The notes under the pieces are model-generated. The model was not told where the DNA came from. It did not search any database and saw only the letters and a program-made list of their open reading frames with translations. A stretch of DNA of 64,000 nucleotides from Phoronis australis (taxonomy: Eukaryota > Animalia > Phoronida), in assembly GCA_002633005.1 (NCBI GenBank), contig NMRA01000393.1, forward strand, positions 118,706 to 182,705. Reading direction: 5' to 3'. Position numbers and translations under genes: made by a program. Within the stretch, counting starts at the first letter, position 1. Each line of letters starts with the position of its first letter. Positions 62,654-64,000 of the stretch are shown here, in pieces.

Positions 62654-64000
62654 TTAAAGGAGAATGCCACCCAAAAACAACATATTTTGTATCAATTTAG
62701 ATCGAGTAGTTCTACTCGATAACGGCACGTTAGGTTGCGTTACTTGACACATGACGGCAGAAGGAGGTGTTGAAATTATCCAATGACGTCATTGGTTTCA
62801 CGCGCAGTCTGTTCAGCAGTTCACAACACCGGTTACTGGTGTCAGCTTATCGCTTGAATTCATCGTTTAACCGATAAACCGTCAAACTTCGATGTAAAAC
62901 CCTTAAAAACATACCGAGTTCTTATAAAAACGTGTTGTGTTATTTCGCTGTTACGGATTTATTGGTATTTGGACACACCGTAGCCTATTAAGTTCGGCAG
63001 GCCAATTTACCAAGGTCCGTGTAGCAGGGGTTTCGGGTCTGTTCGGAGATAGATTCGAAGTATTCTTCCGTGAAATACAGACAGGAGAACCTAGATCTGT
63101 GTTGTTTAAACTTGTGAGTTTTTTTTAGTTCTAAACACACAGAACGCTTTTACGGAACCGATCAGGCCCGTCGCGACGGGACTGACTCGTTATCCCGGTC
63201 AGTGGCTCGGAACCCGATCAGGCCCGTCGCGGCCGGCGAGACTGGCACGAACATAAACCAGCTTGAGTTGGAAACTAAACCTCCAATCACGAAAAGACTA
63301 TAATAGTGAGCCAAAGAAATAATGTGCACGTAATTATTCATGTGAATTAGTCACGAAACTGAAAATCTACTTACTTGTCGGGGCCGCGAAGTAGGGTTCC
63401 CCTTCCACAGACCGTCAGGGCAAAGGTTGTACAGTAACAATGGTTTGAATAATGTATTTGTATTTCTAAATAAAGATTCCCCTAACATGTGACCATAGCA
63501 TATAAAATCGAGTAATTGTTTTACAACAGCTTTCTGTCAACAAACACTGAATTAGCATGAGCTCACACGGCCTCGGTGCCCGGTCAATTACCTTTATTGC
63601 CGGCATCAAAAGCCGGGAACGCAGTGGCCATTGCTGACTTCTCAACATTTGCACTCACGAATACTGCAAATGCATTACAAATTGTATCTAATGAGACAGA
63701 CTTTGTTTCAGTTTTATATAAGCATTTGTTAGGATGAGAACAATTCATTTTGAAACAGAACGCAAAATAATTAACGTCTACATGGCAACTCGCCCGACGC
63801 CAATCCCGACTTAGTCAAGAGCTCATCCGTCGAAGACTTCACTGGTCGGATCGTTAGGTTTCACTGGCTATCAGTTCGAACCGGAATACACTGATCAAGA
63901 AATTCTAGAGGCACCGTGAACATGCACAGGCAACGGATCGTATGGATAGTTCTTTGGTAAGCCGGAATTCGTCAGAGAAATCATTGTCGACGAAAAGCCG
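62654..64000 (+). mobile_element. Possible decayed Kolobok-like DNA transposon, running off the window
   Basis: TTAA|AGGAGAATGCCACCC terminus-like sequence, and a stop-interrupted frame from ATG 63782 containing GYQFEPEYTDQEI, resembling the YxFEPE start of the Kolobok second (P2X7 C-terminus-like) ORF. Confidence 0.4.

Noticed and set aside
63375-63631. Candidate 5' exons of the calcyphosin-like gene on - (63631-63592 MATAFPAFDAGNK; 63465-63375 ending VCGRGTLLRGPD), phase-compatible with the 59626 acceptor
   Set aside because: Length and phases fit, but similarity to the conserved LRxxCLxRGxxGIxGLGR segment is weak and they lie inside a probable transposon remnant. Needs RNA-seq; not called.

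Overview
Eukaryotic (invertebrate animal-like) genomic scaffold, AT-rich and repeat-dense, from an apparently heterozygous short-read assembly. The six-frame ORF track is mostly noise; I reconstructed three spliced genes by hand from GT-AG boundaries and phase continuity. (1) A + strand relaxin-family receptor-like LGR (type C1, RXFP1/2 / Lgr3-like): 15 coding exons from 3831 to 39696 encoding one LDLa module, a D..W linker, an LRR cap, 10 LRRs, hinge, 7TM and a Ser/Thr-rich tail. The signal-peptide exon was not found. (2) A + strand three-exon gene (42649-51232, 261 aa) encoding a signal peptide, a PAN/apple domain and a jacalin/ZG16-like lectin domain with degenerate sugar-binding motifs. 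(3) A - strand calcyphosin-like EF-hand gene (four exons, 59626 down to 56416; 5' exon not identified). Introns and intergenic DNA hold MITEs, Penelope and non-LTR remnants, and minisatellites. Four local duplications sit next to N bases and look like uncollapsed haplotypes that differ by transposon insertions. The most unusual observations are a 45-bp minisatellite built from an LRR exon/intron junction (nine tandem splice donors), a CATGA-ended transposon carrying a Tudor/chromo-barrel ORF, an inverted pair of Penelope-type hammerhead ribozyme cores, and the PAN+jacalin fusion. All family assignments are from motif recognition, not database searches.
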